DNA of 64,000 nucleotides from Leptolyngbyaceae cyanobacterium clean351 (GTDB lineage Bacteria; Cyanobacteriota; Cyanobacteriia; DAIDHW01). The notes under the pieces were generated by a model. It was not told the DNA's origin. It saw only the letters and a list, made by a program, of their open reading frames with translations, and made no database searches. Numbering within the stretch: position 1 is the stretch's first letter; the number at the start of each line of letters is the position of its first letter. The stretch spans positions 81,798-145,797 of the forward strand of contig DAIDHW010000001.1 of NCBI GenBank assembly GCA_027451865.1, read 5' to 3'. Below are positions 29,939 through 39,897 of this stretch, one piece after another. The position numbers and the translations under genes were made by a program.

Positions 29939-30997
29939 GTGAACTTTTGGGGTCAAATTAACCATAATCCCTTAGCTCGTTACGGAGCAATGCTGTTGGC
30001 GATATTTTACCTGACTGCCCTAGGGGCAGATTTTATTGCCCCCTGTGACCCTTACAGCTTTCAATCCGGCGGCTCCTTGCTCCCCCCCACTCAGGTCTAC
30101 TGGCGGAATCCAGCTGGGGTCTGGGTAGGTCCCCACGTCTACCCCACTACCCAGGGCCCCGTGGACCTAACTACCGGGGAGCGACACCTGAGGGTAGACT
30201 GGGGTCATCCCTCCCCCCTCGGCTTCTTTGTCCCAGGGCCTAGCTACCATTGGCTAGGTGTGTCTTTGAACTATCACCTGGTCGGTACCACTGGCCCTGG
30301 GCAATTACATCTGTTGGGGACTGATGAGCAGGGGCGAGACCAGTTTAGTCGTCTGCTGTTTGGGGGGCGGGTAAGCCTGAGCATTGGCCTGGTAGGAATC
30401 CTGGTGACTTTCCCTTTGGGCCTAGTGATGGGGGGAATCGCCGGGTACTTTGGGGGCTGGGTAGATGCCCTAGTGATGCGCCTGGTGGAGGTGCTTTTGA
30501 CTATTCCGAGTATCTACCTGCTAGTAGCTCTAGCGGCGGTATTACCCCCCGGGCTTTCCAGTACCCAGCGCTTTCTCTTGATTGTACTCATTACCTCCCT
30601 AGTACGCTGGGCTGGACTGGCCCGGGTGGTGCGGGGGCAGGTGCTCTCGACCAAGACCCGGGAGTTTGTCCAAGCCAGTCAAGTTATGGGGGCAAGTACT
30701 ATGCGGCTGCTCACCCGTCATATCCTGCCCCAGAGTGCCACCTACGTGATTATTTCTGCTACCCTGGCCATTCCCAGTTTTATTGAGGCCGAGGCGGTGT
30801 TGAGCTTAATCGGCTTGGGGATCCAAGACCCAGACCCCTCCTGGGGCAACCTCTTGGCCCTGGCTACTAATGCCTCAATTCTGGTACTCGAGCCCTGGTT
30901 AGTGTGGCCGCCGGCGGTGGCAATTGTCCTCACGGTCCTAGGGTTCAACCTGTTAGGAGATGGTCTACGAGATATTCTAGACCCCCGCACCCCCTGA
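29939..30997 (+). CDS. Peptide/nickel ABC transporter permease (DppC/OppC)
   Basis: HLLGTDEQGRDQFSRL, EAA loop, PSWG. Confidence 0.93.
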   Translation: MNFWGQINHNPLARYGAMLLAIFYLTALGADFIAPCDPYSFQSGGSLLPPTQVYWRNPAGVWVGPHVYPTTQGPVDLTTGERHLRVDWGHPSPLGFFVPGPSYHWLGVSLNYHLVGTTGPGQLHLLGTDEQGRDQFSRLLFGGRVSLSIGLVGILVTFPLGLVMGGIAGYFGGWVDALVMRLVEVLLTIPSIYLLVALAAVLPPGLSSTQRFLLIVLITSLVRWAGLARVVRGQVLSTKTREFVQASQVMGASTMRLLTRHILPQSATYVIISATLAIPSFIEAEAVLSLIGLGIQDPDPSWGNLLALATNASILVLEPWLVWPPAVAIVLTVLGFNLLGDGLRDILDPRTP

Positions 30998-32395
30998 CTT
31001 TTGGGCCTGGTAAAGCTGCTTAAAGCGTAACTGCTGCCGGTGGTGGTCCACGATGGGTGAGGGATAGCCCAAGTGGTGGCGCTCCAGGGGGGTAATCAAG
31101 CCCTGGCCCAACTTTTCCGGGTCGAGGGAGCGTAGTTCAGGCAGCCAGATGCGCAGGTACTCAGCCTCTGGGTCAAACTTCTGGCTCTGGGTAGTGGGAT
31201 TGAAAATTCTCAAGGGGTGAGGGTCGAGGCCGCTCGAGGCACTCCACTGCCAGCCACCGTTATTAGCCGCCAAGTCCCCATCGACCAGGTGGGCCATAAA
31301 GTAGCGCTCGCCCCAGCGCCAGTCCACCAGGAGGTCCTTAGTTAAGAAGCTTGCCACTACCATACGGCAGCGATTGTGCATCCAACCGGTAGCCCGGAGC
31401 TGGCGCATGGCGGCATCCACTAGGGGGTATCCTGTTTCCCCAGCACACCAGGCCTGGAAATAGTCCAGGTTGTTCTCCCAGGGGAAGTTACGCAGTTGCG
31501 GCCGGTGACACTCCGTTGCCAGAGCAGGAAAGTGATAAAGGGCGTGTTGGTAGAATTCTCGCCAGGCCAGTTCCTGGCGCCAGGCTTGGATGCCAATACG
31601 GGCTGGCTCTCCGGGGTTATCTTCCCAGCAGACCTGGGTAGCCGCCCAAATCTCCCGGGGCCCGAGGGTGCCAAACTTGATTGCTGCGCTCAGCAGGGAG
31701 GTGGCTGCCTGGGCCGGGAAGTCTCGCAGTTCCTTGTAAGTCTGGATCCGGTAGGCGCAAAATTCCCTTAGTTGGGCCTGGGCAGCAGTGGCCCCGGGGG
31801 TGACCAACAGCTCCCCTGTCCAGGTGAACCCTAACTGTGCCAGGGTGGGGACGGGCAGGCTATTTCCTCCCTCGATCAGCCGGGGTGGGCAGGGCAGTGG
31901 GACTGGGGTGGCCTTCGGGAGACTACTCCAGTTGCGCCAAAAGGGCGTGTACACCGTGTAGGGCTGACCAGCCCCGGTTTGCACCTCTAGGGGTGAGTGG
32001 AGGGGCTGGTCCCAGAAGGTCCGTACGGCAATCCCCTGAGCCGCTAGAGCCTCTCTGACCCGCTGATCACGGTCCCGGGCATAGGGTTCCACATCCAGGT
32101 TCCAGAATACCCCTTGGGCTCCTTGGGCGTGAGCCAGAGTCGGCAGAGCCTGCTCTGGGGCTCCCCGGAGGAGGAATAGATAGCTACCTAGCTGTCGGTA
32201 AGCTTCACCGAGCGCATGGAGACTGCCAAGCAGATAGGCCAGGCGCGCCGGGGCCACCTCCTGTGGCTCGAGTAGCAAGGGGTCCAGACAAAAAACCCCG
32301 GCCCACCGCCGCGAAGTGGTGCTGGCGGTGTAAAGGCCAAGGTTATCCTGTAGCCTCAGGTCCCGCCGGTGCCAAAACAGAATTAGCTCATCCAT
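30977..32395 (-). CDS. phrA: Deoxyribodipyrimidine photolyase (CPD class I)
   Basis: WHRRDLRLQDN, TGYPLVDAAMRQL..TGWMHNR.RM, NNGGWQW. Confidence 0.95.
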   Translation of the reverse strand: MDELILFWHRRDLRLQDNLGLYTASTTSRRWAGVFCLDPLLLEPQEVAPARLAYLLGSLHALGEAYRQLGSYLFLLRGAPEQALPTLAHAQGAQGVFWNLDVEPYARDRDQRVREALAAQGIAVRTFWDQPLHSPLEVQTGAGQPYTVYTPFWRNWSSLPKATPVPLPCPPRLIEGGNSLPVPTLAQLGFTWTGELLVTPGATAAQAQLREFCAYRIQTYKELRDFPAQAATSLLSAAIKFGTLGPREIWAATQVCWEDNPGEPARIGIQAWRQELAWREFYQHALYHFPALATECHRPQLRNFPWENNLDYFQAWCAGETGYPLVDAAMRQLRATGWMHNRCRMVVASFLTKDLLVDWRWGERYFMAHLVDGDLAANNGGWQWSASSGLDPHPLRIFNPTTQSQKFDPEAEYLRIWLPELRSLDPEKLGQGLITPLERHHLGYPSPIVDHHRQQLRFKQLYQAQKSGGAGV

Positions 32396-32401
32396 AGGGA
32401 T

Positions 32402-33262
32402 TCACCTGAGGCCACTGGCCATACCGATCAGCAGCAGAAAACCTAACCCAACGTTTTGTTCAAAAACTGGTGGATAGGACCCAAGGCGCAACCGGGAGTA
32501 CTGCCAAGCCCAACCTAAGGCAGTCACCCCCCAGGCTCCCCAGAAGCCTAAGCCCAGGTGCATTAGTATCCCCAATAGCCCTAGCATTAGGGCAGTGGCC
32601 AGGAAAAACAACCCGACTGCCTCCGGCGCGTGCCGATCAAACAAAATTGTTCCGGAGTGGAGACCTAAGCGACGGTCATCCTCCCGGTCCGGCAGGGCGT
32701 AGGCAATGTCAAAGCCAAGGGTCCAGCAGATAGTCGCTCCCCACAGCAGCCAGGTAGAGGGTTCTAGCCGGTTGGTGGCGGCACTCCAGGTGATCAGGAC
32801 TCCAAACCCCCAAGCCAACCCCAATACTAGCTGGGGGAGAGGGAAATAGCGCTTAGCCGAGGGGTAAAGGAGAATAACCGGTACCGCCGCCACACACAAA
32901 CCAAAGCTGAGGGGGTCACGCTCAGGGTTAATGTAAAAGGCCGCTGTGGCTGCACATACTAAAGCGAGCAAGGCCACCACCACCGCCACCCTCACTGTCA
33001 GGGTCTTAGCTGCCAGAGGTCGGCCCTGGGTGCGTTTTACCCGGGCATCAATGCGGCGGTCCCAAAGGTCATTAACTATACAGCCGAGGGCGCTAGTGGC
33101 CAGAGTACCCACTACCACCACCAGAACTAGGCCCAAGGGGGGCCGGTCCCGGGTCGCCAAGACCAGGGCCCAAAGAGCAGGGATCATTAGGATCAGTCGC
33201 CCTGCTGGCTTGTCCCAGCGCAGCAGACGGACCACGGTCCAGAGGAGGGGTTCTGAGGGCAT
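32402..33262 (-). CDS. ubiA: 4-hydroxybenzoate solanesyltransferase (UbiA/PlqA)
   Basis: RWDKPAG, NDLWDRRID..V.RT..RPLA, YPSAKR, D..YA..DREDD. Confidence 0.95.
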   Translation of the reverse strand: MPSEPLLWTVVRLLRWDKPAGRLILMIPALWALVLATRDRPPLGLVLVVVVGTLATSALGCIVNDLWDRRIDARVKRTQGRPLAAKTLTVRVAVVVALLALVCAATAAFYINPERDPLSFGLCVAAVPVILLYPSAKRYFPLPQLVLGLAWGFGVLITWSAATNRLEPSTWLLWGATICWTLGFDIAYALPDREDDRRLGLHSGTILFDRHAPEAVGLFFLATALMLGLLGILMHLGLGFWGAWGVTALGWAWQYSRLRLGSYPPVFEQNVGLGFLLLIGMASGLR

Positions 33263-33265
33263 AAA

Positions 33266-34042
33266 TCAGGGGGAGCGCAGCTGGGCTGACCGGTTGAAGT
33301 GGAGGCGAAACAGACCTTCCGTAACTATGATGGCTGCGATTAGGTTGGAAGAGGCGAGCATAAAAGCAATCAGGATTTGGTAAAGGGAGGCCTGTAGAGG
33401 GTCAACTCCTCCCAGAATTTGACCAGTGATCGTGCCTGGCAGGACTACCAAACCCACCACCAGCATAAAGTTAATGATGGGCATCATTCCCACCTTGATA
33501 GCCTCCCGCCGGTAGGAGCCCATAGCCTGAGCAGGGGTTGCTCCTAAGCTCAGGTGGGTTTCGATCTCCAGGCGGCTAGACCGGCAGACGCTTGCCAAGC
33601 GCTCCCCGGCGACAGCGGCAGTGTTCATGACATTGCCGATCATGATCCCCGCTAAGGGAATCAGGTAGTGGGGGTCGTACCAGAGGCTTGGCCGGATCAC
33701 CACTGCCGCGGTGTAGACCAGGGTTACCCCTGTCCCGAGGGCAATCGCAGCAAATACAAGGGGGCCAAGCCAGGGGGATGCTAAACCAATCCTACCCCCG
33801 GCCACCCGGGCGGCAATCACCCCCATGAATAGGATCACCCCCAGTACCAACCAGGGATTTTGCCAGGCAAACACGGACCCGAGAATATACCCCACCATCA
33901 GCAGCTGCAGGACTGTCCTCAGAGTAGCCACGGCCAGACTCTTTCCCAGACCCAGGCTCTGCCACGCCGACAGGGCTACCGCTAAGACCATCAGACCTGC
34001 TGCCCATGCCAGGTCTTGAAGACTAAGTTGAATCAGTTCCAC
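33266..34042 (-). CDS. fetB: FetB/UPF0014 ABC exporter permease
   Basis: RTVLQL, YLIPLAG.MIGN.MN, LGAT, LPG..TGQIL.G..P. Confidence 0.9.
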   Translation of the reverse strand: MELIQLSLQDLAWAAGLMVLAVALSAWQSLGLGKSLAVATLRTVLQLLMVGYILGSVFAWQNPWLVLGVILFMGVIAARVAGGRIGLASPWLGPLVFAAIALGTGVTLVYTAAVVIRPSLWYDPHYLIPLAGIMIGNVMNTAAVAGERLASVCRSSRLEIETHLSLGATPAQAMGSYRREAIKVGMMPIINFMLVVGLVVLPGTITGQILGGVDPLQASLYQILIAFMLASSNLIAAIIVTEGLFRLHFNRSAQLRSP

Positions 34043-34063
34043 AGGGCAGCTTCCCCTACGAGA

Positions 34064-35365
34064 CTACAGGTGGGGGTCTACCCGGCCAATCACCACGATC
34101 CTACCGTTTGGCTGGACGCGCCAGATGTCATAGCTGCCCACCACATCCCCATTTTTGTCCAGGTTCAGGTTGCCGCTGGCCCCCTCGTACTTGATTTTCT
34201 TACCCTGGGCTAGGAGCTTCAGGCCTTGGCATACATCCGTGACCTGGACCCCTCTGGGGGATGTGACCTGACGCAGGCTAGTGCGAATAGCCTCGCCAGT
34301 GTTTGCATGAGCCGCCTGGGCAGCAAGCACTAGTAAGGCGGCCGCATCCCAGGCCTGGGGAACGTAGGGACTGAGGGGACGATGGTAGGTAGCCTGCCAG
34401 AGTTTAGCAAGGGCCCGCAGAGCCTTACCGTGGGCCGCCGGTACCGTGCCGATGGCCCCCGCCAGAATATAGGAGCCATTGGGGGCTACTCCCACCTGTT
34501 TCGGAAAATCAGGGGAGTCCACCCCGTCTGTCAGGAGAATCTGGACGCCCTTACTGAGGCCTTGTTGGTAGGCACTCTTGAGGATCAAACTACCAGTCTC
34601 GGCGTAGAGGATGGCAGCCACCCCATCGGGATGATTGGCAAAGGCTTCAGCAGCCTCCGTGTCAAAGGTGGTGGCTTTGGGGTCGTAGCGGACCGGTTGA
34701 CTTTGGTCGAGGATAGTACCCCCTAGGCGGGTGAAGTCCTTGGTAAAGGCCTGCTCAAACCCCACCCCGTAGTCATTGTTAATCACGATGGTGGAAACCC
34801 GCCGCAACCCACGCTGGTAGGCTAAATCAGCTAAGGCCAGAGCCTGGTAGGTGTCAGGGGGGACTGTCCGGGCCCAGTAACCATGGAATTTGCCAGCTGC
34901 TGCTTCCTGGGTAAAGACTGGGCTAGTGCTGCCGGGGGAAATTAACATCACATGGTCTCGCACCGCGATCCCCACTGCCGCACTAGAAACGCTGCTAGCA
35001 AAGGAACCGACAACCCCGGCTACCCTGTCCACCTCCGCCAGTTTGGTCATGGCCTCAGCTCCCGCCCTCGGGTCTGTCTGGTCATCCTCGGCAAACAGGG
35101 TTACGGGGGCGCCATTCACCCCGCCGCACCGGTTAACAGTTTTTACCAGTAGGGGCACGGCGTTGATCATCGGTTGGCCAACGGAAGCTAGATCACCCGT
35201 AGCCGGCAACAGAGAACCAATCCGCAACCCCGAGGCTGACCCCCCTGGGCTGGTCTGATTCTGACAGCCTCCTAGCATGTAACCGAGGCCCAAGGCAGCC
35301 ACACCTAAGACCAAGGCTCGGCGCCAACGGGGGGAGGAATTGGAAGACATAGGGGAGTTGTGCAA
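34064..35365 (-). CDS. Branched-chain/neutral amino acid ABC transporter substrate-binding lipoprotein (NatB-like)
   Basis: Lipobox LGGC; GGVNG, EDDQTDP, ISPGSTSP, ARTVPPD. Confidence 0.9.
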   Translation of the reverse strand: MHNSPMSSNSSPRWRRALVLGVAALGLGYMLGGCQNQTSPGGSASGLRIGSLLPATGDLASVGQPMINAVPLLVKTVNRCGGVNGAPVTLFAEDDQTDPRAGAEAMTKLAEVDRVAGVVGSFASSVSSAAVGIAVRDHVMLISPGSTSPVFTQEAAAGKFHGYWARTVPPDTYQALALADLAYQRGLRRVSTIVINNDYGVGFEQAFTKDFTRLGGTILDQSQPVRYDPKATTFDTEAAEAFANHPDGVAAILYAETGSLILKSAYQQGLSKGVQILLTDGVDSPDFPKQVGVAPNGSYILAGAIGTVPAAHGKALRALAKLWQATYHRPLSPYVPQAWDAAALLVLAAQAAHANTGEAIRTSLRQVTSPRGVQVTDVCQGLKLLAQGKKIKYEGASGNLNLDKNGDVVGSYDIWRVQPNGRIVVIGRVDPHL

Positions 35366-35427
35366 ATGCTTAGGAAAGAATTATAGGTGATCTGCAGGTT
35401 GAGGGGGGATAGGCAAGTCTCCTCAGC

Positions 35428-36324
35428 CTAGGAGTCCCCAAAACTAATCTGTTCAGAAATGTAGTCAGGGGGCTCTACATGGATTATTACCCGGGCTGGA
35501 CCGTACTGCTCTTCGATTAAGGCTTCTACCTGTTCGGTGATCTCGTGGGCACTGGGCACATCTGTAGGAACGACGATCAGGTGCATCTCCACAAACACTT
35601 GCCGGCCGACGATGCCGCGGGAAGCAATCTCATGACAGTTAAGGACCCCCGGCACCCCCATAGCTAGGGCATAGATGGCTTCCGGGGCAATGGCCATCTG
35701 GTCTACCAGCCAGGGCAAGCTAGATTCGACTACCTCCCAACCACTCCAGAACACCAGCAGCCCTACGGGGAAAGCCAACCACGCGTCTATCCAGGGATAA
35801 CCTAGATGCACCCCAATTAGCCCGGCAATGACCACGATGGTAACCCACAGGTCACTGAGGTTGTGCCGGGCATCGGCTAGGAGCAGGGGGCTTTTGAGAC
35901 GCTCTCCGACCCGCCGCTCGAGTAGGGAAACGGCAGTGTAACCCCCTACAATCAGTAACATCCCCCCTAGAACTCCCAAGGGAATGGATACTGTCTGGCT
36001 ATGGTTAGTGATCCGCTCCACCGCCCCCTGAAAGATCTCAAAGCAGGCAATTCCCAAGAAGACAGCGATGCCCAAAGTACCGACAGCCTCAAACTTCTGA
36101 TGGCCGTAGGGATGGTCCCGGTCCGGCTCGGGGGCTGCCAACTGATGGGTAACTAGGGCAAGTAGATTACTAGAGACATCGGTGACGCTATGGAGAGCTT
36201 CCGCCAGCAGACTCAAGGACCCTGTCCACCAGCCCATGGCTGCCTTCAGAGCTGCCACCAATACATTGAAGACTAAGGTAAACATTAGCACCCGCTGCAC
36301 CCGGGAGCGAGAAGAGATGGTCAT
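35428..36324 (-). CDS. Cation diffusion facilitator (FieF-like)
   Basis: ALHSVTD, PDRDHPYGHQKFE, DARHNLSD, HVEP; ATG at 36324 overlaps the upstream ORF stop (ATGA). Confidence 0.93.
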   Translation of the reverse strand: MTISSRSRVQRVLMFTLVFNVLVAALKAAMGWWTGSLSLLAEALHSVTDVSSNLLALVTHQLAAPEPDRDHPYGHQKFEAVGTLGIAVFLGIACFEIFQGAVERITNHSQTVSIPLGVLGGMLLIVGGYTAVSLLERRVGERLKSPLLLADARHNLSDLWVTIVVIAGLIGVHLGYPWIDAWLAFPVGLLVFWSGWEVVESSLPWLVDQMAIAPEAIYALAMGVPGVLNCHEIASRGIVGRQVFVEMHLIVVPTDVPSAHEITEQVEALIEEQYGPARVIIHVEPPDYISEQISFGDS

Positions 36325-39323
36325 GAACCTCTCCGGTGAAGTACTTGGGAAATATGCATCAGAACCGCAGGATAGCTCAACACAATCGTACCGGCAGCGG
36401 TGCCGTGGAGAAATTCTACCTCGCCCACTGCTCCGATTGTAGAGGGAGATACCCAGGGGAAAGGGTCTAGGACTGGCCCAGGTTTTTGGGCCTCGAGGAA
36501 GTGTACCCCCCGTAACATAGCCAAAATACAAGGGCGGACCGGTGAGGTGCCTTCCGGGTCAAGGAGGTGGCGGCGGGGTCGCTCGGTGTTATTCAAGTTA
36601 CCGAGTTGTTGGTCATCTACCCAGGAATACATGCAAAATCCCGACTGGGGCCGGCCGCTCTCCTCCGCCACGTGCAACGTGGCAAAGCTATAGATGGGGA
36701 TGACTCCTGGCCCGGGGCGCCCACCAAGCAGCGCCCCGTGATCAAGGGTTGAGGGGACCTCGAAGGCAGCCTGGGGGGAGGTCCGCCGGTGTAAACGGGT
36801 GACGGGAAAAACATCCCGCAGCAGAGGGTAAATTACTAACCCAGGGAAGGCTTGGTAAACTTCCCGCAGAAATTGGAGTGGGAAGGGGGATAGACCCAGG
36901 CGCCGTCCTTCCCGCCGGGTGTGGGCTAACAGCATGATGTGCTCGCAACCGAGGGAAGCCAGCCGGGAGATTTCTTCCTTGACCAATCTCTGGGTCTGCA
37001 AACCGGCCTGGCCTTCCGTCAGATCAATACCACGGTGTTCCCGCTGCAAACGGTACCCAGGCCAAGGGGTGTCGATGGCCGTGGCGCTGTAGCTTTGGGT
37101 ACAACAGAGGCAGTTTTCCTCCCCGTGACTGGCTTGGCCCAATTCATCACAGGGACGGTAGGCATAGGAGACCAGACCTAACTTGGCCAGGTGGGGTAAC
37201 GAACCGGTACTGATCCCCAAGGGAAAGGCACAGGCTAAGGCTTGGAAGGCACCACCCTTGACGTACTTGGTGGTAGGCTTGCGGGGGTCTAGGTTGTCGA
37301 TCATCACCCCTTGGCAAAAGGTGGGCTGCTCTTGGGCCAGAGCTGCACTAATGGCCTTAGCAGCTGCGTAGACGTAGTCAGCGCCTCCCCCTGGGGCCGG
37401 CTGGCCTTGTGCCTGAAACCGCAGCATCAGTAGTGTCCAGGTCTGCGCCTTGAGGGTTAGGTGGGCCCGCAGGCAGTCTAGACAGGTGTAAACCAGCACG
37501 GTAAAGGCGGTAATTGCCACTGCGTGGGCTTGAGCCCTTTGGCGGTCCTCCTCCTGGGGCTGAGAGCGGGTCAGGTAGCGGTAGTCGTACTCCACCCGCA
37601 CCGCCCCCGGTAGGAGCCAGTCCCGGGTGACCAGCGGGAGGTTGCTGGGCACCCAACCTACCTGCAAAAACTGGGGGGTGGGAAGGCGTTGAATCTGCAG
37701 CTGGAGGGGGGGGCCCTCTGGTACTAGATCGTATTCGGCGATCCGGGTGACCACCTTGATGGCAAACAAGAGGTGTTGGTCCTCTGGCCGGCTACGAATT
37801 TGTACCTGTCTAAGCCACTCGCTGGGGCTATGGGTGGGATTGGTAGCTTGGATCAGTAGGTCCTTAGTGCCAGGCTCGGCCCCCTCCAGGCGACTCCAGT
37901 TGACTATCCCCCTTTGAACACAGATGAATTGCTCCCGGACCTGGGTCCTAGTCTGGGCGACAATCTGCCGGCCTTTAGTCCGTAACACTTCCACTAGGGC
38001 TCGGGCAATGGTGTTCACTAGTCCCGCTTGCTGGCGCAAGTCTGCTAGCAGTTCCCTCACGAGTCCCCGGCCTTCAGTTTTCAGCCTGTCTAGGAGTTGG
38101 GTGAGGTCCTGGTCTAGGGAACCCCCGCCCCTGGGTAAAGCCAAGGTTAAGAATACTAGTTGAGCTAGGGAGGATTCTAGGTAGGGGACCTTGCCCGAGT
38201 CCTCTAGGAGGGCGGTCTTGATTTTTGCCAGCCGCTCGAGAAAGGTACTTTGACCACTATCTGGGTTATTGCCATTGACCCGAAATCGATAACTGACCTC
38301 CCGCTCCACTCCCAGGGCTTGGAAGCTGAACATCTGGGCCTGAGGTTCAATCCACACCGGCAGACAATAGGAGAATCCCACCTGGTCCACTTGAGACCAC
38401 AGGGAGAAATGCCCCCGCAACCCGTATTGGGGAGACATTTCCATCTCTGGCTCACCCTGTTGGACTAGGTTAAATAAACCCAGTACTCGAGTTATGTAAC
38501 TTGAGAGGGCCTGATGGGCAGTACAGGCGTTAGCAGGGATATTCCCAGCCAGATTCTCCATAATCTGGTTGCCGATCCGCAGGCGGATTCGACCTAGGAC
38601 TTGTTCCTCGAGGAAGCGCCAAAAACTAGATAACTGACTTGTGGGGTCGTCCTGTTGCACCCCTAGGCTGGCGCAGGCCCGGTCCACCAGCTCTGGCTCA
38701 CAGTCTCTCCCCTGCTCAAGGTGGTGACCGATCGCACGCACCATTGCCGGAAAGTGGTCCCTAGTTTCGACCTGTTCGCGGGCAGTGATCAGTCTGGCTA
38801 ATCCGGCTTGACTTGCACCAGCGGCAGTCTGCAGTTTCAGGGGTGTGAGATTGACCGGTTGGGCCACCGGGAAGCGGTAGGCCAGCCTCAACCGAGTGGC
38901 TAAAGCGCGCAGCTGATCCCCCTCCTGCAACAGGGGAGTTGGGAGGGTGGGCAAGGCGGCGGTTAGTTCCTGGTCAATGGCGGCCCTGAGACGGTCTAGA
39001 GCCCTAGGCAGCCTCTCCTGGTTACCGGGAGGCAGGGTAGCACCCATCTGGCAGCGGGAGCGGGGGGCCGGCCGGGGAAAATTGACGATAAAGGGGTGGC
39101 CCTCACCGGGGTCAGTCAGGGTTTTGAAGTCTGGGTGCTGAAACAGTAGGGCGAAGACCTTGTCAGTAGTCAGACGGAGATGCTGATCACCGGTTGAGCA
39201 TAGACTGCCAGGGGGGGCTGTCTGCAGAACCTCCCCTAGTAGCTCCACTAATCGAGCTAAGTTCAGGGCCGGCCGGGCAACCTTGGGTCGTAGCTGGGCA
39301 CCTCCAGTTTGAAAGTTTGTCAA
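36321..39323 (-). CDS. Large hypothetical protein (~1000 aa), putative divergent Argonaute/PIWI-like (MID-PIWI C-terminus)
   Basis: 3-kb uninterrupted ORF; likely TTG start at 39323 after GGAGAGGGG. The CDS itself is well supported; the PIWI assignment is inferred from motif spacing and secondary-structure pattern. Confidence 0.6.
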   Translation of the reverse strand: MTNFQTGGAQLRPKVARPALNLARLVELLGEVLQTAPPGSLCSTGDQHLRLTTDKVFALLFQHPDFKTLTDPGEGHPFIVNFPRPAPRSRCQMGATLPPGNQERLPRALDRLRAAIDQELTAALPTLPTPLLQEGDQLRALATRLRLAYRFPVAQPVNLTPLKLQTAAGASQAGLARLITAREQVETRDHFPAMVRAIGHHLEQGRDCEPELVDRACASLGVQQDDPTSQLSSFWRFLEEQVLGRIRLRIGNQIMENLAGNIPANACTAHQALSSYITRVLGLFNLVQQGEPEMEMSPQYGLRGHFSLWSQVDQVGFSYCLPVWIEPQAQMFSFQALGVEREVSYRFRVNGNNPDSGQSTFLERLAKIKTALLEDSGKVPYLESSLAQLVFLTLALPRGGGSLDQDLTQLLDRLKTEGRGLVRELLADLRQQAGLVNTIARALVEVLRTKGRQIVAQTRTQVREQFICVQRGIVNWSRLEGAEPGTKDLLIQATNPTHSPSEWLRQVQIRSRPEDQHLLFAIKVVTRIAEYDLVPEGPPLQLQIQRLPTPQFLQVGWVPSNLPLVTRDWLLPGAVRVEYDYRYLTRSQPQEEDRQRAQAHAVAITAFTVLVYTCLDCLRAHLTLKAQTWTLLMLRFQAQGQPAPGGGADYVYAAAKAISAALAQEQPTFCQGVMIDNLDPRKPTTKYVKGGAFQALACAFPLGISTGSLPHLAKLGLVSYAYRPCDELGQASHGEENCLCCTQSYSATAIDTPWPGYRLQREHRGIDLTEGQAGLQTQRLVKEEISRLASLGCEHIMLLAHTRREGRRLGLSPFPLQFLREVYQAFPGLVIYPLLRDVFPVTRLHRRTSPQAAFEVPSTLDHGALLGGRPGPGVIPIYSFATLHVAEESGRPQSGFCMYSWVDDQQLGNLNNTERPRRHLLDPEGTSPVRPCILAMLRGVHFLEAQKPGPVLDPFPWVSPSTIGAVGEVEFLHGTAAGTIVLSYPAVLMHISQVLHRRGS

Positions 39324-39465
39324 GGAACTCCCCTCTCCAGGCAAAATTTAGTCAACCTAAGCTATCAGTCTGGTGATTAACCCGGGCTGGTAGTTTATTA
39401 TAACTATTATTAGGACTACGGGGTGAATTAGTCTGGGTCGGAATTTGGACATCCCGCCCTGGAAG

Positions 39466-39897
39466 TTAAGGGTGGTAGTAGGCGCCTGGGTCGGGATAGA
39501 AAGGCTGGACCTCCGATATCACTTCTAGTCCTAGGTCCTCTAGGAGGGAGAGTAGGACTGGATCGGGAGCTAGGCGGAGGTAGCCCGGTGTAAGCTCGAG
39601 GGGGGTGTGGCGGTTGCCTAGGTGATAGGCAGCCCGCAGTAGGCTCAAGGGTTGGGAGCTGGTAACGGTTAGCACCGGTTCGGGTCGAGCAAGTACCCGC
39701 AGGGCTGGAGCCCCTGCCTGAGGAGCGAGCAGGTCACCATCCTCCAGACGCATCCCCCGGGGCAGCTGAAGCCGCACTAACTCCCCCACCGCTGTGTAGG
39801 CTATTTGTCGGGGCCGACAGCGCTCCTCAGCACTCAAGGGTAACAGCAGAAACTGGCCTTCGGCTCTAGGGAGGCGCTGGGTGAGCACCAGAGTCAT
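39466..39897 (-). CDS. ureE: Urease accessory protein UreE
   Basis: [23 protein letters not shown]. Confidence 0.93.
   Translation of the reverse strand: MTLVLTQRLPRAEGQFLLLPLSAEERCRPRQIAYTAVGELVRLQLPRGMRLEDGDLLAPQAGAPALRVLARPEPVLTVTSSQPLSLLRAAYHLGNRHTPLELTPGYLRLAPDPVLLSLLEDLGLEVISEVQPFYPDPGAYYHP

Noticed and set aside
36325..36531. N-terminal extension of the CDF ORF given in the track
   Set aside because: It overlaps the large ORF; the ATG at 36324 gives a normal-length CDF
39466..39897. Isolated ureE as a broken urease cluster
   Set aside because: Urease accessory genes are commonly scattered in cyanobacteria, and the ORF is intact
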